Shown: positions 52,323-64,000 of the stretch, piece by piece
Position numbering within the stretch: the first letter of the stretch is position 1
Layout of the letters: every line of letters begins with the position of its first letter
Source: Lingula anatina
Lineage: Eukaryota > Animalia > Brachiopoda
Reading direction: 5' to 3'
Assembly: GCA_051362555.1 (NCBI GenBank)
Contig: CM120645.1
Location: forward strand, 13,764,001-13,828,000
DNA length: 64,000 bases
The notes under the pieces: generated by a model
The model's input: the letters and a program-made list of their open reading frames with translations, nothing else
Database searches by the model: none
Told to the model about the DNA's origin: nothing
Program-made: the position numbers and the translations under genes

Positions 52323-52965
52323 CAAAGTCACAGTCACCTCAACCTGTCTATGTATAACAGGTTACCAAGAACTGTTAACATTATTAATTCACTCCATCAC
52401 ATTTACAGCAACTTATTCATCCTAGTGTTAGCTGACCTTGCAAGGAATTCAGTTTATTGGAATGTATTTCTGAATAACAAGTTAAGAAAATTCACTAGTT
52501 CACTAAAGACACAAAACAACTGTCACTTTTACTTTTAACACTTTTTTGATTATTTTGATAAAGTAAGTTACATTATAGATAAACAAAGTATCACGTTTTC
52601 AACAATTAATATTTTAAAATATAATCCATGTCTGCAAGGTTGTGTCAATGACCAAAATACAACGTTGAATCAACGTCACATTATGACGGTGTTTCGACGT
52701 GGCTGGATCAACGTTGATTTTACGTTGAATTTAGGTAGATCAACGGCAATTCAATGTATCAACCTGTTTTCAACGTTGATCCAACGCACTTATGCCTGCT
52801 GGGTTATTGCTGTTGCTGTGGATGAACTGGAAAAGGCAGTCGCAAGACCAAGAATATTTCAGGACCGCGAAAATCCTTTGGATTTTTACCCAGATCATGA
52901 GATTTACCAGCGATTTCGTTTTGATAGAGCGGGGATACTTTTCATTACGGATCTTCTGGCAGTTA
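51737..52965 (+). mobile_element. 5' part of a PIF/Harbinger transposon with the N-terminal HARBI1-like nuclease coding remnant
   Basis: GGCCCCGTATGCACAAAACATCTTAAG terminus. RPRIFQDRENPLDFYPDHEIYQRFRFDRAGILFITDLL resembles the N-terminus of Harbinger DDE nucleases. Confidence 0.75.
52009..52803. mobile_element. CCC...GGG-ended MITE (EnSpm/CMC-like) with 2-bp TT target duplication
   Basis: TIRs CCCAGCGGGCA / TGCCTGCTGGG, many CAACGTTG subterminal palindromes, internal (TA)n. Confidence 0.8.
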
Positions 52966-55784
52966 CATTCTTTCCTTTCTTTCTTTCTTCAGCTCCTATC
53001 TATTTAGTTCAGATTTTATCTAGTACCCCCAGGTCTACGGGAGCTGCGCTTTGTAACTAACGCACAGGTAGATTTTTACCTGAGATAACTGGAGTAAAGC
53101 TTAGATAAAGAGTGCGTTCGATACAAGCAAGACAAATTGAATGCCATTTAACCCTCTAATTAAGAGGTAAAGGAAGTTCCAGTTAGATGGATGATTAAGA
53201 TAGGACTTGTAAAGGTAACGGGCATTGTTTACCTCAGTTTAATAAAAGTATGCAAAACGGAGTGTCAGCGGTTTAATAAAATAAATTGAATTTCACAAAT
53301 AACATGGACCTCATGTGCAATAATCAACATTTCCCTTAACTCATTCAAATGCAGTGTTTTATACAACTTGGGATAACCATAATGAAATGCTTGTTAATGA
53401 AATGACTAGACGGGGAATGGTTTTACACAGCTTCACGAGGATTTAGACCCCTCGGGTAAGAGATTTGAATGAGTATAAACTTTTATCAGAAGCCAGAGAA
53501 GTCATCTTACAGGTAGACAATGCAGCTCAGTTTGACAGCTAAGCAATATCGTTAGTTGGGCATGTTTTTTGAAGAATATGTTCCCTTGAAGCCATTCTGA
53601 CGGTATGAAGCAAATCCTTTAAATTGCTGCATGGCCACAGGTCTAGTACTACGACAACTTTGTTGAACGAGAGGCTAATACTTATAGTCAATCAGCATCT
53701 TGCCCAAATACAATAAATAACTTCATCATGAAAATCCCTTCTGTAACAGGAAAAGTTTGCTCCATTGTTTTTGTAAATAAATTAATGACTTCATAGTTAA
53801 GTAAAAGAATTGCCATATACATCTCTACCAGTTTTGGAGATATAAGGCTCGAAAAAATTGCGTAATCTATAACCTATACTATATTAATACAAATACTATA
53901 ATGCACATACGAATGAAATAAAACACATTCAAAATCAGTCATGCATTAAATCTTTAAAAAATCAATCATAAAAATGGCCACATGAGATTTTCAAGGCAGC
54001 TACATATCCCAGACACATCGGTCTATGCACCAACTACTCCTATCGCCGAGTGACAAAGGGGTCAATGTCTAAAGTTTCCAATATAAACAGCAGTAATAAA
54101 AGAACGTATGGGTGGGCATACCTCCAGCAGTTTTCTACGTGGGACCTAAAGGAAAGTTCACCAATCCGAGGAAACACGTGTTACCCCCAGCTACTTTTAG
54201 TAGCATATTGAAAAAGCAAACAAACTTCCATATATATTTTCGAATTTTATCCAAAGGCTAAAACCGGCTGTTGATTTTATGAGAGAAAAACAGAAGTTTA
54301 ATTAATGTTTTACCTTACCGCAGACATGCTTGATTATTCCATTTCTTTCTTAACATATCTTCAGCACGACGTTTTTTAAAATGATATCTTAATTGTCAGA
54401 CTATCAATAACATTTTGATCATGAAGTCTATATCTGAAAACTGCAACAAGTTAGGGGCCTACAGGTACTCTGTACCTGTTGCAGCGTGTATAAATCATGC
54501 TTTGGTTTCCGTACTCCAGACGCACCATGTACGCATTTGCTATAATAAATTTAGGGGGTGGGGATGAATAATCTGTAATGAGATTGGTGTATTTTCTGTA
54601 ATCCTCACTTCAGTAAAGCCTTCTTCCTTTATATATGTGTGTGTGTGTGTGTGTGTGTTTGTTTGTGTGTGTGTGTAAGGGGCGGGACTGGATCCACCAT
54701 TTTGATTTGCGGAATATTCACGTTCTACTATATGATAAAATTATAAATTATAAAATGGAGGACGTACATGGAGGTCATGTCAATTAACTTCATTTATAAT
54801 ACAAGTATAGGCTATATGCCTGCTTTCTAGATTCAACATTTGTTGGTGTTTTGTTGACTTTGCGACTAAGACAGTTATATTTAAATTGAAACAGTGTTTG
54901 TTTTAGCCTTGTGTCATCACATCTGGCAAGTTCAGAAGATTACGTCTTCAAGAATTATGCCGTCTTAAATACCAGTGCAGTTAGGTTAATAACTGAACTT
55001 CAGCCAAGTATTTTTTCCTTGCTGATTTTATTATCACCCAATAGCCAAATCACTGACCCAATTTAAACCTTCTACCAGCAGTTAATGATGAATTATTTGG
55101 GATTTTTAAAACGCGTGTAATTCACAGGGGATCCCATTGAGTATACTGCAATAAGCGAAGTAAACCCCATTTCAATTTCCAAGAAAATAAAATACTTACT
55201 TTTTAAATATTTTCAATATCTTCTGAACGTCTATTTCAATTCAACATGGTGTCCGCAGGTGATCATGGGACCTGGTCCGTGTCATCGATATATTTATACC
55301 AGTAAAACAGATAATTTACGTCAGATGATAAGAACAAATCGTCCGTTATTTGGCAGGCCATCTCAGGCACACACCAGATGATAAGTGTGAGATAATACAC
55401 TGTCACCCGAGCGATATATGCCATATCATCTCGAGCGTCAGCGAGAGGTGTTCATGGCATATATACCGAGAAAAAATACAGTCATTTCATCCTAAAACAC
55501 CCCTAAAACCGAATAAAGTGACCCTATATCACGCTCAAGAGATGTTATATGAAATAAACTCGTCCACGTGCGCTTGTCACCTCCCATCAAATTCTTACGT
55601 AATGTCTGACCAATTTGGTCAATTTTTGCTAAATACTTGTCATGGACGTTCAACTGGCGTGAAAAGTATTAAATCAATCGGCGACACTGCGACCGTGCGC
55701 TTCTCAGCTGAGCCACACCTAGCAGGACCTGCTGCAGAAGGCAAAACCTTTTAAGTGACATTTCTGATAAACAAGGAGCGTCGG

Positions 55785-56130
55785 ACCGGAATATAGTCAA
55801 AATAATTTTTCACAAGTGCAAAGGAGAAAGAATTTTACTTTTTAGTGATATTGCTGACAACGAGGCAGTTTCGGAATATAGTCAAAATCAGACGGATGTT
55901 TATTACAAGTTCACGGGAGTAATAATTCTAGTTTTTTTATTGTTATTTCTGACGACGAGGCGGTTACGCAATATAGTCAAAATCAAATGGATGTTTATTT
56001 CAAGTGCACGGGAGTAATAATTCTAGCTTTATTGTTATTTCTGACGACGAGGCGGTTACGGAATATAGTCAAAATCAAACGGATGTTTATTTCAAGTCCA
56101 CAGGAGTAATAATTCTACGTTTTGGTGACA
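55785..56130. repeat. ~87-bp tandem repeats inside an insertion (~55345-56910) of uncertain, possibly Crypton-like, type
   Basis: gacgaggcggttacggaatatagtcaaaatcaaacggatgtttatttcaagt recurs 3-4 times. The flanks rejoin the duplicated block seen at ~23720. Confidence 0.65.
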
Positions 56131-59100
56131 TTTTTACTACGTGGAGGTTTCGGAATATACATGTGCGTGTTTTCAGAGCATGGAGCATGCTACATGTAAT
56201 TACAAGTTCAAAGTGGGAATATATTTGATTTTTACCGATATATCTGATAAAGAGGAAGAATGAACAGCTTAAAAACAAAAGGTAAATAACACAACCCTCG
56301 TTAAAAAGTTATAGATTTACAAATAATTTGTATGCACGTGTGGCTTAAATGTAAACTAATTCCCGTTTTCAAACCATACCCATATGATATGACTTAGTGT
56401 AATAAAATTATAAATAATAATTGTTAAATGTGGAATGTTTATGCTAATTTTTTAAGAGTGTGAGAGATTTTAAATTTGTCTACTGGTCGCAAGCAACGTC
56501 ACAATTCTCTTGATGCCAAATAATAATTGTTAAACGTGAAAGGTTTATGCAAAATTTTTAAGAGTGTGAGAGATTTTAAATTTGTCTACTGGTAGATATA
56601 TAACGCAAGCAACGTCACTATTCTCTTGATGCCAAGAAGGTCACATGATCAATCTGTCTTTGACTTCCAGCATTTAAGAGACCTCGACTGATTTAACCAA
56701 GATGTAGTCGTGAAATTCTAGACTACATCGAGGTTAAATCCGAGTTTTCCGAGAGACGCTTCGCAGAAATGTCGAGTGAAGCGAGATATTTTTGGGTAGC
56801 GGCTCGAGGTTGCACTCGATCTTCACTGAAGCTTGTCTAAATGGACAGGCTTCAGTGATCATCATATCGCCACGGTCACATAACATCCCTAGGTATGTAT
56901 AAAGAAGTAGAACATTGTACGTGTCTTTTTGCTATATAAATCTACAGTTGGAGGACGGATATATGTAAAATATGAAGAAGATTTCATTTTCTTTTGTGAA
57001 ATTGTAAAACGGGTTTATTTAGACAAGTCTGCCGGTTCATATTCCCGAAACATTTTTTAAGGCGCACAAAGAAGCAATAGTATAAATCATTTAAATTAAT
57101 ATAACCAGTCTAAGTTTTGTCAATCATTAAATAAAGGCCAATCTTTATCTCGCAATTAAGTGACTTGCAGCCATTCAAGTACTGATAATTTTAATCACAT
57201 AGTTAAAGGCGGACAAAGGACATAGTGAAGGATACAGCAGTAGGGCAAAGTGCACAATACCAAATGTGTTGGATATGTAAAACACTACAGGTCCGTATGC
57301 ATGGGTGACTGGATGGGGGTGGGGGGGGGACGTTCGAGCGAACCACCTTTTTAGCCAGAAAATTCCCACATGGAAAACAAATTTGATATAGGTTTCATGT
57401 ACTTTCTGTGGAGGTCAATTTCTCACTTTTCTTCGAAATGTTTTTCAAATTGCTACATGCCCAAAGGCCTGGCACTGCGGTGACTTTGTTAAACGAGTGG
57501 CCATAGCGTTGACAAACTGTCAACTTGCAACGTGCCTTGGTAGTGGTTTGATAAAACAAACAAAGTTCGAGACAATATTAACTACATGAGGGCATACTGA
57601 TGATTAATACTGATTACTAAGCACCTATTTCAAAGTCGATGCACCTAGGGGACGGAGTTTACTCCCATTTATACATGTACTACGTAGGAAAGACCCCAGC
57701 GACTTTTAGAAGGAAACTTAAGACTTAAAAATTATTTATATAATTTAACCGAACAAATTTTTGTGAGTGATGGGCGACATTTTTAATTGCTACATTTCTT
57801 GTTTCAATAAATGTTCATGTTTCAATCACTTTTCTCTTTTCTTTCGCGTTCGATTTTTTGTCATTAATAATTCACGTTACATCGTAAAGTCTACTAAACA
57901 AGGTCGGATTTTAGACTCAAATAAATATTATTATTATCTAGACAAGTTTTGTTCCAATATTAATTGGAAGTTTGCCATTTCCTTCTTTATAAACGTTTAT
58001 CTTATATGATAGTTATTCAAACAACTTGAACATCAGTCGATTATTTTCCACAAAAAATTTGTTTCTCACGTTTTATTATGTTTATTGAGAAAAAATTTAC
58101 TGTAACAGCCTTTACATTTTATTAGTCCAAGTACAATTAATAATTTCATTATGAGAATCTCTTCTCTAAAGTGAAAATTTTTCTTTATTAATTTAGTAAA
58201 GAAGAAGAATAATAGGTGCACAAATAATGTCAAATAAAAGGCCATCGATGTACTCCCAAGTATTCTGTATAAAAGAAAAGCAACTACCCACGTGATAAAG
58301 TTAATATAATTTAACACTAAAAAATATGCTATGAAATAATTAGGGTACTATAACAATGAGAACATGTATTGCACAGATGTTTCTTCCGATTCAAAATCTA
58401 TAGTATACAACGTCTAGTAAGACAAACATTGATCCCATGAACACTGGCATTAAGAAAGATAAGCAACGACACTCTCTGCCAACACTTTCTCGTGTACAAG
58501 TCTAAATATAATACTGATCAACAGAAACAAAATACACTGCTCAATTAGTGTACAATCTGTGGGCATACTTCTTCTCATGTTTCAGAGAAAGATTATAATT
58601 CATATAGCCAAAAAGATAGTGACGTGAAAGTACTTAATGTGTTTCTTCTGGTTAATATTTAAATTATTAATAAGCCTATAATTTTCTTTGCTATTATGCT
58701 GTACATGTAAAAAAATTTATATGAATATTGTAACTATTACAATAGTAATATAATCAGTTTTGATATTATCCATGTTTCTCGAATATAGAACCAACATTTT
58801 GGCATACATGTATAATGTACAATCTGAAATTCCAAGTGTACAATTTAAATCCAATTTTTAAAATGGCTTCTTCAACAAAAGTCTTGGCTAAAGATGAGAA
58901 ATTCTACTCACCGGTGATATAAATCAAAGTGCAGGCCACATCTTTAATATACTGTACTTTTTAACTGGTTATGAAACGAACCTTACGCTACAATGCATGT
59001 AGAATTACAATATATACAAGTCATGGTCATCGTGTCAGCAAATCCATTACCTATCACAACACAAACGGCTGCATTACATGTTTCATAGGATATATATTCA

Positions 59101-60019
59101 CAGCAAGGAATTAGTCGTAATAAGTCAACAGAAAATCTTGACTCAATATTCAAATTTATAATAATAATAATAATAATAATAATAGTAATAATAATAATAT
59201 ATTCCCAATAAAATTAAAAAGGAGGGTGTTATTTAACTATAAAGTCTACAAATTAAGAAATTTATGGACAATGTGTAATATGTGGCGAATATTTCAAACA
59301 TTCACGAATTAAAAAAAAAGAAGAAAACACTCAAACACATTTAATTAAGATCAAGCATGGAAGCTCATAACTACTGCTCATAAGAAAAGCCTATAAATGT
59401 TATCTGTATGTGAAAGACATTTTTGCACCTCAGACAACTCATCGAAGGATTATCTTGTTTTCAAAATTCTTCTAGCTTTCCGTACAAAATTAGCTGCTGA
59501 AAATATAGTTGTGTCAACGTAATATGACACAGATATATGCACATGTGAACTTCAATCAACAAAACGGCGTCCACGTGACTGTCTTTTGACATACTCTTTT
59601 CTTATTAATCTACACACAAACACACAGACAACTTAAGCACTTCAATAAACAATGTGATAAGCACATGAAGTCGTATATGTACTATAATGTCGCCGTTTTG
59701 AAAATGTCTCGCTTGGCTAAACATTAATATATTTTGTAGTAGATCTGATAAAGAGGAGTCCTCTTTCTTTTCTTCCTGTAAATAAAAACAAAAAATAGAA
59801 ATAAAAATAAAAAACAAACTGTTTTTAAGATAGCATGCAACAGTACAATCTAAAATAACATAACAAATAAATGAATAAAGATAACATTGCCCATGCTAAG
59901 GTCTGGTTCAGGGTGGACCCCCCCCCCAAAAAAAAAAAAAATAATAATAATAATAAAAATAAAATAAAATAAAATCTTTGATTTAAACCATTTATATTAT
60001 TTTTTCGTCCATTCTTTAT

Positions 60020-60519
60020 CAGGGTATACCGATCGATTTTGTGCATGAAAGACTGCAAAATTGGTCTTTCCCAACACATCTTTGTATTATTTTTAAGGCG
60101 ATCCATTCACAAGGACCATTATATTTATCTGATCTTATCTGTTTTAACTTACCACGGCGGTCCACACGTTTTAATACTGAGAATGATTTTATTTTAGAAC
60201 ATTCTGTTTTAGAGAAGGGGTGCCTCAAAAGTTATGGAGATCGTGCTTTTATAATCTACGCCCCAAAAGTGTGGAATGGTCTACCAAATTTTATTAGAAA
60301 AACAGAAGACTTTGACAATTTTAAATCTCTTTTAAAGACCCACATTTTTAATTCTGTCTATATCTCTTAGATTTTTAAATATATATATATGTATTTTAAT
60401 AAGATGATTTTTAGTAGTGTAAATTTTAAATGGTTTCCAATTGGTTTTTAATGATTTTAGTATATTAGCCATTATTGTAAGGCGCCTTGAGATAGAATGT
60501 AAGGCGCCCTATAAGAATC

Positions 60520-60567
<48 letters not shown>
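60020..60567 (+). mobile_element. 5'-truncated L2/CR1-group LINE
   Basis: FKAIH..GPLYLSDLI...SYGDRAF..YAPKVWNGLP..IR...FKSLLKTHIF*. 3' end gtaaggcgccttgag...gcgccctataa followed by (TAT)n. Confidence 0.85.
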
Positions 60568-60568
<1 letters not shown>

Positions 60569-61419
60569 ATCTTGGTCAACCGAGGAAATTAATTGTTGCC
60601 TGGTGGCCGTTGTCGGGGTTATTTTGCCAACAAATTCTAGTGCAAATATTTTTGAAAAAACAGTTTCGGTTTCGTAATGTCCTCTCAAAAAGAGGAATTT
60701 TTGGTTAATTGATGGAGCATGACGATACTGTCTCCGAAAATGTGCTTGCACTACAGTGTATGATTTGCAGGCTAAATAAGCGTGTCGTGTAATTAACAAT
60801 TTTGTGCGGCATATGCAAGTGTGCCTCAAACGCCGTAGAGTTCGTTTGGAGCATACTGTGGAAAGAACATGACTTTTATTTAAAGCGACCAAGATAAAGA
60901 AAACTTGAAAACTTTGGGGAATGATCGTACTCAGTCCAAAGTTAAAGTCCAGCAAATTTCGTGATATTTTGCTAGACCTTTGTAGAATTTAATATAATTT
61001 TTACGGTTTCTGATTTTTTTTTTTTTTTTTTTTTTTTTGGGGGGGGGGTCATCGTGTTAAATACGAATCTTATCCTCGATAAGTTATTTAAATTATCTTA
61101 ATACACTTAAGTGTGAATTTAAAAGTCGCTACGGGTTTTTTAATTTTAATTTCTAGCATACATGTATTATCAGAGATAATGCAATGAGGATATCCATAGA
61201 ATCCTATTTGTGGACACTTATTTACCGTCTTTCATATTTACAGCTCTGTTCTCCATGCTACATTTATAACTGCTACATTCAGATAACATAATCCCATATT
61301 GTCAATTCTTCTACTAAAATGAATTAATATGTTATGAAAAAGAAGAATCATTTGAATCGGAGAACCACAATATTATGGGTTGTTGGTTTGTTCATCATTT
61401 ATAAAATGGCTAATGAATA

Positions 61420-61817
61420 CACTGAGAATAAAATCGGAGTCCAAGTGACTCCAAACTTGGAGTCCAGCAGTGGTGCCTAAATTAACTCCCAATTGGAGTC
61501 AAGTTGACTCCGATGGAGAAATGCCACCCCAGACCCCACAGGAGGGTCACAATTGACTCCTTTCATACATCCCTTCATCCCTTGATTTATCTCTACAAAG
61601 GAGTCCCCATGACCCCCTATTAAGGAATTTATGACTCCTTGGCATATCATGAACGAAAACAACAACAATAGCGGCAATGGGAGAGACAGTGAGTATCAAT
61701 CATTTTAGTTTGTTGTGTCCCCGGACGGGCTCGAACCCACGTCCGCCCGCTCCAGAGGGGGACACCCTAACCACTAGGCCATGCGGTCACTTTTGTTGTT
61801 GAAACAGCAATAACAAA

Positions 61818-61865
<48 letters not shown>

Positions 61866-62307
61866 ATGAGTGAGCATACCTCTTAAATGACATGCATTGG
61901 TGGGTCAAACCTACAACCTGGAAACAAAACCTGCTGACCTGTATACCAACATATCACATAAAGGGAGTGGCAACTGAAAGCCCGGACCTGTAATAAGTGC
62001 ACGAGTTCTGTATGCAGAAACACACAGAAAACCACTTGTTCATGCATAAAACAAACTATGGCCAATGAAATAATGTTTTTACTGACAAAGGATGATGAAA
62101 ACTGTTCTCTCCACGCCGTCTGACTCTGATTTTAGAGTCAGATTGACTCCATGAGAGCCAGGGGGTGATTGACTCCGATAAGAGAGTCTAAAGACTCTGG
62201 TAGTGGGGTAATTTGACCCTTATATAGGAGTCAAATTAACTCCATGAGGGTCAAGGGGTGCTGGACTCTGACTAGAGGGTCAAATGACTCCAATTTTATT
62301 CTCAGTG
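61420..62307. mobile_element. CACTG-ended MITE (CACTA/EnSpm-like) just downstream of the paralog D stop codon
   Basis: TIRs CACTGAGAATAAAAT / ATTTTATTCTCAGTG, repeated ggagtc/gactcc motifs. Empty site present in paralog C (aatgaattggaacccttacactg at ~30928-30950). Confidence 0.85.
61620..61790 (-). mobile_element. tRNA-derived SINE nested in the MITE
   Basis: Head GTGACCGCATGGCCTAGTGGTTAGG...GTGGGTTCGAGCCC has Pol III A and B boxes, but the acceptor stem does not pair. The 3' boundary is approximate. Confidence 0.7.
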
Positions 62308-62352
62308 ATTGGAACCCTTACACTGCAAAATAATGTTTCCAATATCTTCAGT

Positions 62353-62468
62353 TCACTCCTTTTCGTCTGTTCCATTGGCAACAGCTTCTTTAGCAAAACG
62401 ATTGGAAGAATCTTCTTTTGGATTCAGTTTTGCCAAGCAGGAGAACCCAACCGTCGTCAACTGTTGAA
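62353..62468 (-). CDS. Paralog D exon 6 (last coding exon)
   Basis: tttcag| acceptor. IQQLTTVGFSCLAKLNPKEDSSNRFAKEAVANGTDEKE*. Confidence 0.8.
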
Positions 62469-62840
62469 CTGAAAAAGTTGTTAAACATTTCTTGAGTAGT
62501 TGAATATTACAAATGCGTTATATATACACGAGTCTGTAGATAAACCACACATAAATTCAATGTTGACATTACAATTAATTCCCTTTCATTTCGCCCAAAA
62601 ACATTCAAAATTACTGAAGTATACGCATTTTATGTTTAAATAAAAAGATGATAGATGAACATCTTCCTATCCTGTTAGGTATAAGAATATTAGGACAGAT
62701 GTGCACGTATAAATAATTGTCTATCTAATTAAATAAACAGATGGTCGAATTAAGTGCATTCCATTGAGGTTCCACTAGCCAGTAAGTTATATATTTTTGG
62801 CTAATGGCTAATCGCAAAATAAAAGAACAAAGTTGCACAC

Positions 62841-62943
62841 TTATATCGTGAAGCTGGGTCTTCAAAACATCTGCTGTGACGTCAGTGTCAAGACCATGTT
62901 CTAGTAAACCCATAATTTCTTTGAAAGGTTGTTGAATGCTATC
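62841..62943 (-). CDS. Paralog D exon 5
   Basis: ttacag|...|gtgtgc, 103 nt. DSIQQPFKEIMGLLEHGLDTDVTADVLKTQLHDI. Confidence 0.82.
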
Positions 62944-63480
62944 CTGTAAGGAGACCACAATGTGCATAAAGTTTTGAAAAAATACAGACATAACTTTCGG
63001 CATTCCTCCTCAAGATCTTCTTATTTGTTGACATTTTTGATCTGGTATAAGTGAAGCTAACGGAGGTAGCCATGCAAAAAACATTGCATTTAAGATATCA
63101 CAGAAGAGAACAGTATCCTTATTGATAAATAAGAAATCTTAAGAGACATCTTACTTGTCCATCCTATACTGTTAATCACAAGACTAAACGTTTATCATGG
63201 TACTTTAACAATTAAAACGTGACCGTGTGTATAATGTTGCTTTCTTTTCACATAGTTTTTAAACGTATATCAGAGTGCTGCCTAAAGTGACAAGCTTCAG
63301 TTGATATATTTAATATTGTGTGGATAAGAGCGTCATCAAACATCAGTTACTTTTAAAAATCTTAAACAGTATCAGTAGAATTGAAAAAAAAAGAAAATGT
63401 CAGAGAGAAATATAAATTTAGTGCATTATTGCTGCCGACAATTATAGGTTATCCCTTATTAGCTGTAATTTTCAACTTAC

Positions 63481-64000
63481 TCTAACGAATTTCATTATCT
63501 CCGCCTTCTCCAGGATATCAACAGTGTGATCCTGCTGGTTGAGTTTTGCCACGTCTAGTGGGGTGTCGCCATCGTTGTCTGCCGCCTTGGTGTTCGCCCC
63601 TGCTTCCACCAGTAGTTTCACAATTTCTCTGTTACCTTGCATGCAGGCCAAGTGCAGCGGCGTCATTTTATACGCATCGCGGATGTCTGTCGCAGCTCCA
63701 AGCTCCAGGAGTTTCTCCACCACAGCGGGGTGTTGTTCCAGAACGGCGTGGTGGATCGGGGTAAGATCCTCGTGTGCGGAATCAGCACATTTATAGTACT
63801 TGTCATCAATTTTTTTTTCAATGTCTTCGGTGGGATTTTCTCCCCATCCTGAGTACAAAACCTTACCGTAATCTCCCACATCTATATTTCCTCTTTTTAT
63901 TTTTACAAAGAAGTTCGCAAGAAGTTTTCTCTTGACGTAAACATAATGCCACACGAGTCTTTCTCCATCCTTATCGCGTACTAAGTATATCATATCACCT
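63481..64000 (-). CDS. Paralog D exon 4, partial: inserted domain plus final ankyrin repeats
   Basis: Lies within ORF 63472-63993, donor |gtaagt at 63480. Strongly similar to the exon 4 C-termini of B and C; runs off the window end. Confidence 0.9.

Larger units (their letters stand above)
49991..53618. mobile_element. Kolobok-like element, copy 2 (inverted relative to 4578-7068), with nested insertions
   Basis: TTAA|AGG...CCT|TTAA. Reverse-complement match to 4578-7068 apart from an insert at ~51737-53005 and a ~140-bp gap. Confidence 0.78.

Noticed and set aside
60441-60955. ORFs with poly-Ile runs resembling transmembrane segments
   Set aside because: Produced by the (TAT)n tail of the L2-like LINE.
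61716-61790. Possible tRNA-Gln(CTG) gene
   Set aside because: The acceptor stem does not pair (GACCGCA vs CGGGGAC) and it sits inside a MITE; better explained as a SINE head.

Overview
AT-rich, intron-containing animal genomic DNA. The repeat families look mollusc/lophotrochozoan-like (inference). The main content is a head-to-tail array of four minus-strand paralogs (A partial 1593-2597, B 16170-20957, C 30975-36106, D partial 62353-64000). Spliced by hand at canonical GT-AG junctions, they encode an unusual protein: CIDE-N-like domain (exons 1-2), a RHIM-like amyloid motif on its own phase-1/1 exon (cores IQIG, IQIG, IQMG), a long ankyrin-repeat region interrupted by a ~65-aa 'GKDRxRPAWHYV...SGWG' insert, and a short C-terminal tail. 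B and C reconstruct as open frames of 763 and 949 aa. Between the genes lie duplicated intergenic blocks, C2H2 zinc-finger gene remnants, a ~10.4 kb decayed Ngaro-type tyrosine-recombinase retrotransposon with split direct repeats and an intact SGNH hydrolase ORF, two inverted copies of a TTAA-flanked Kolobok-like element (one carrying nested Harbinger and CCC-ended insertions), LINE 3' ends, a Tc1 relic, a tRNA-derived SINE and several MITEs. All domain and family calls come from motif recognition by eye; no database search was run.
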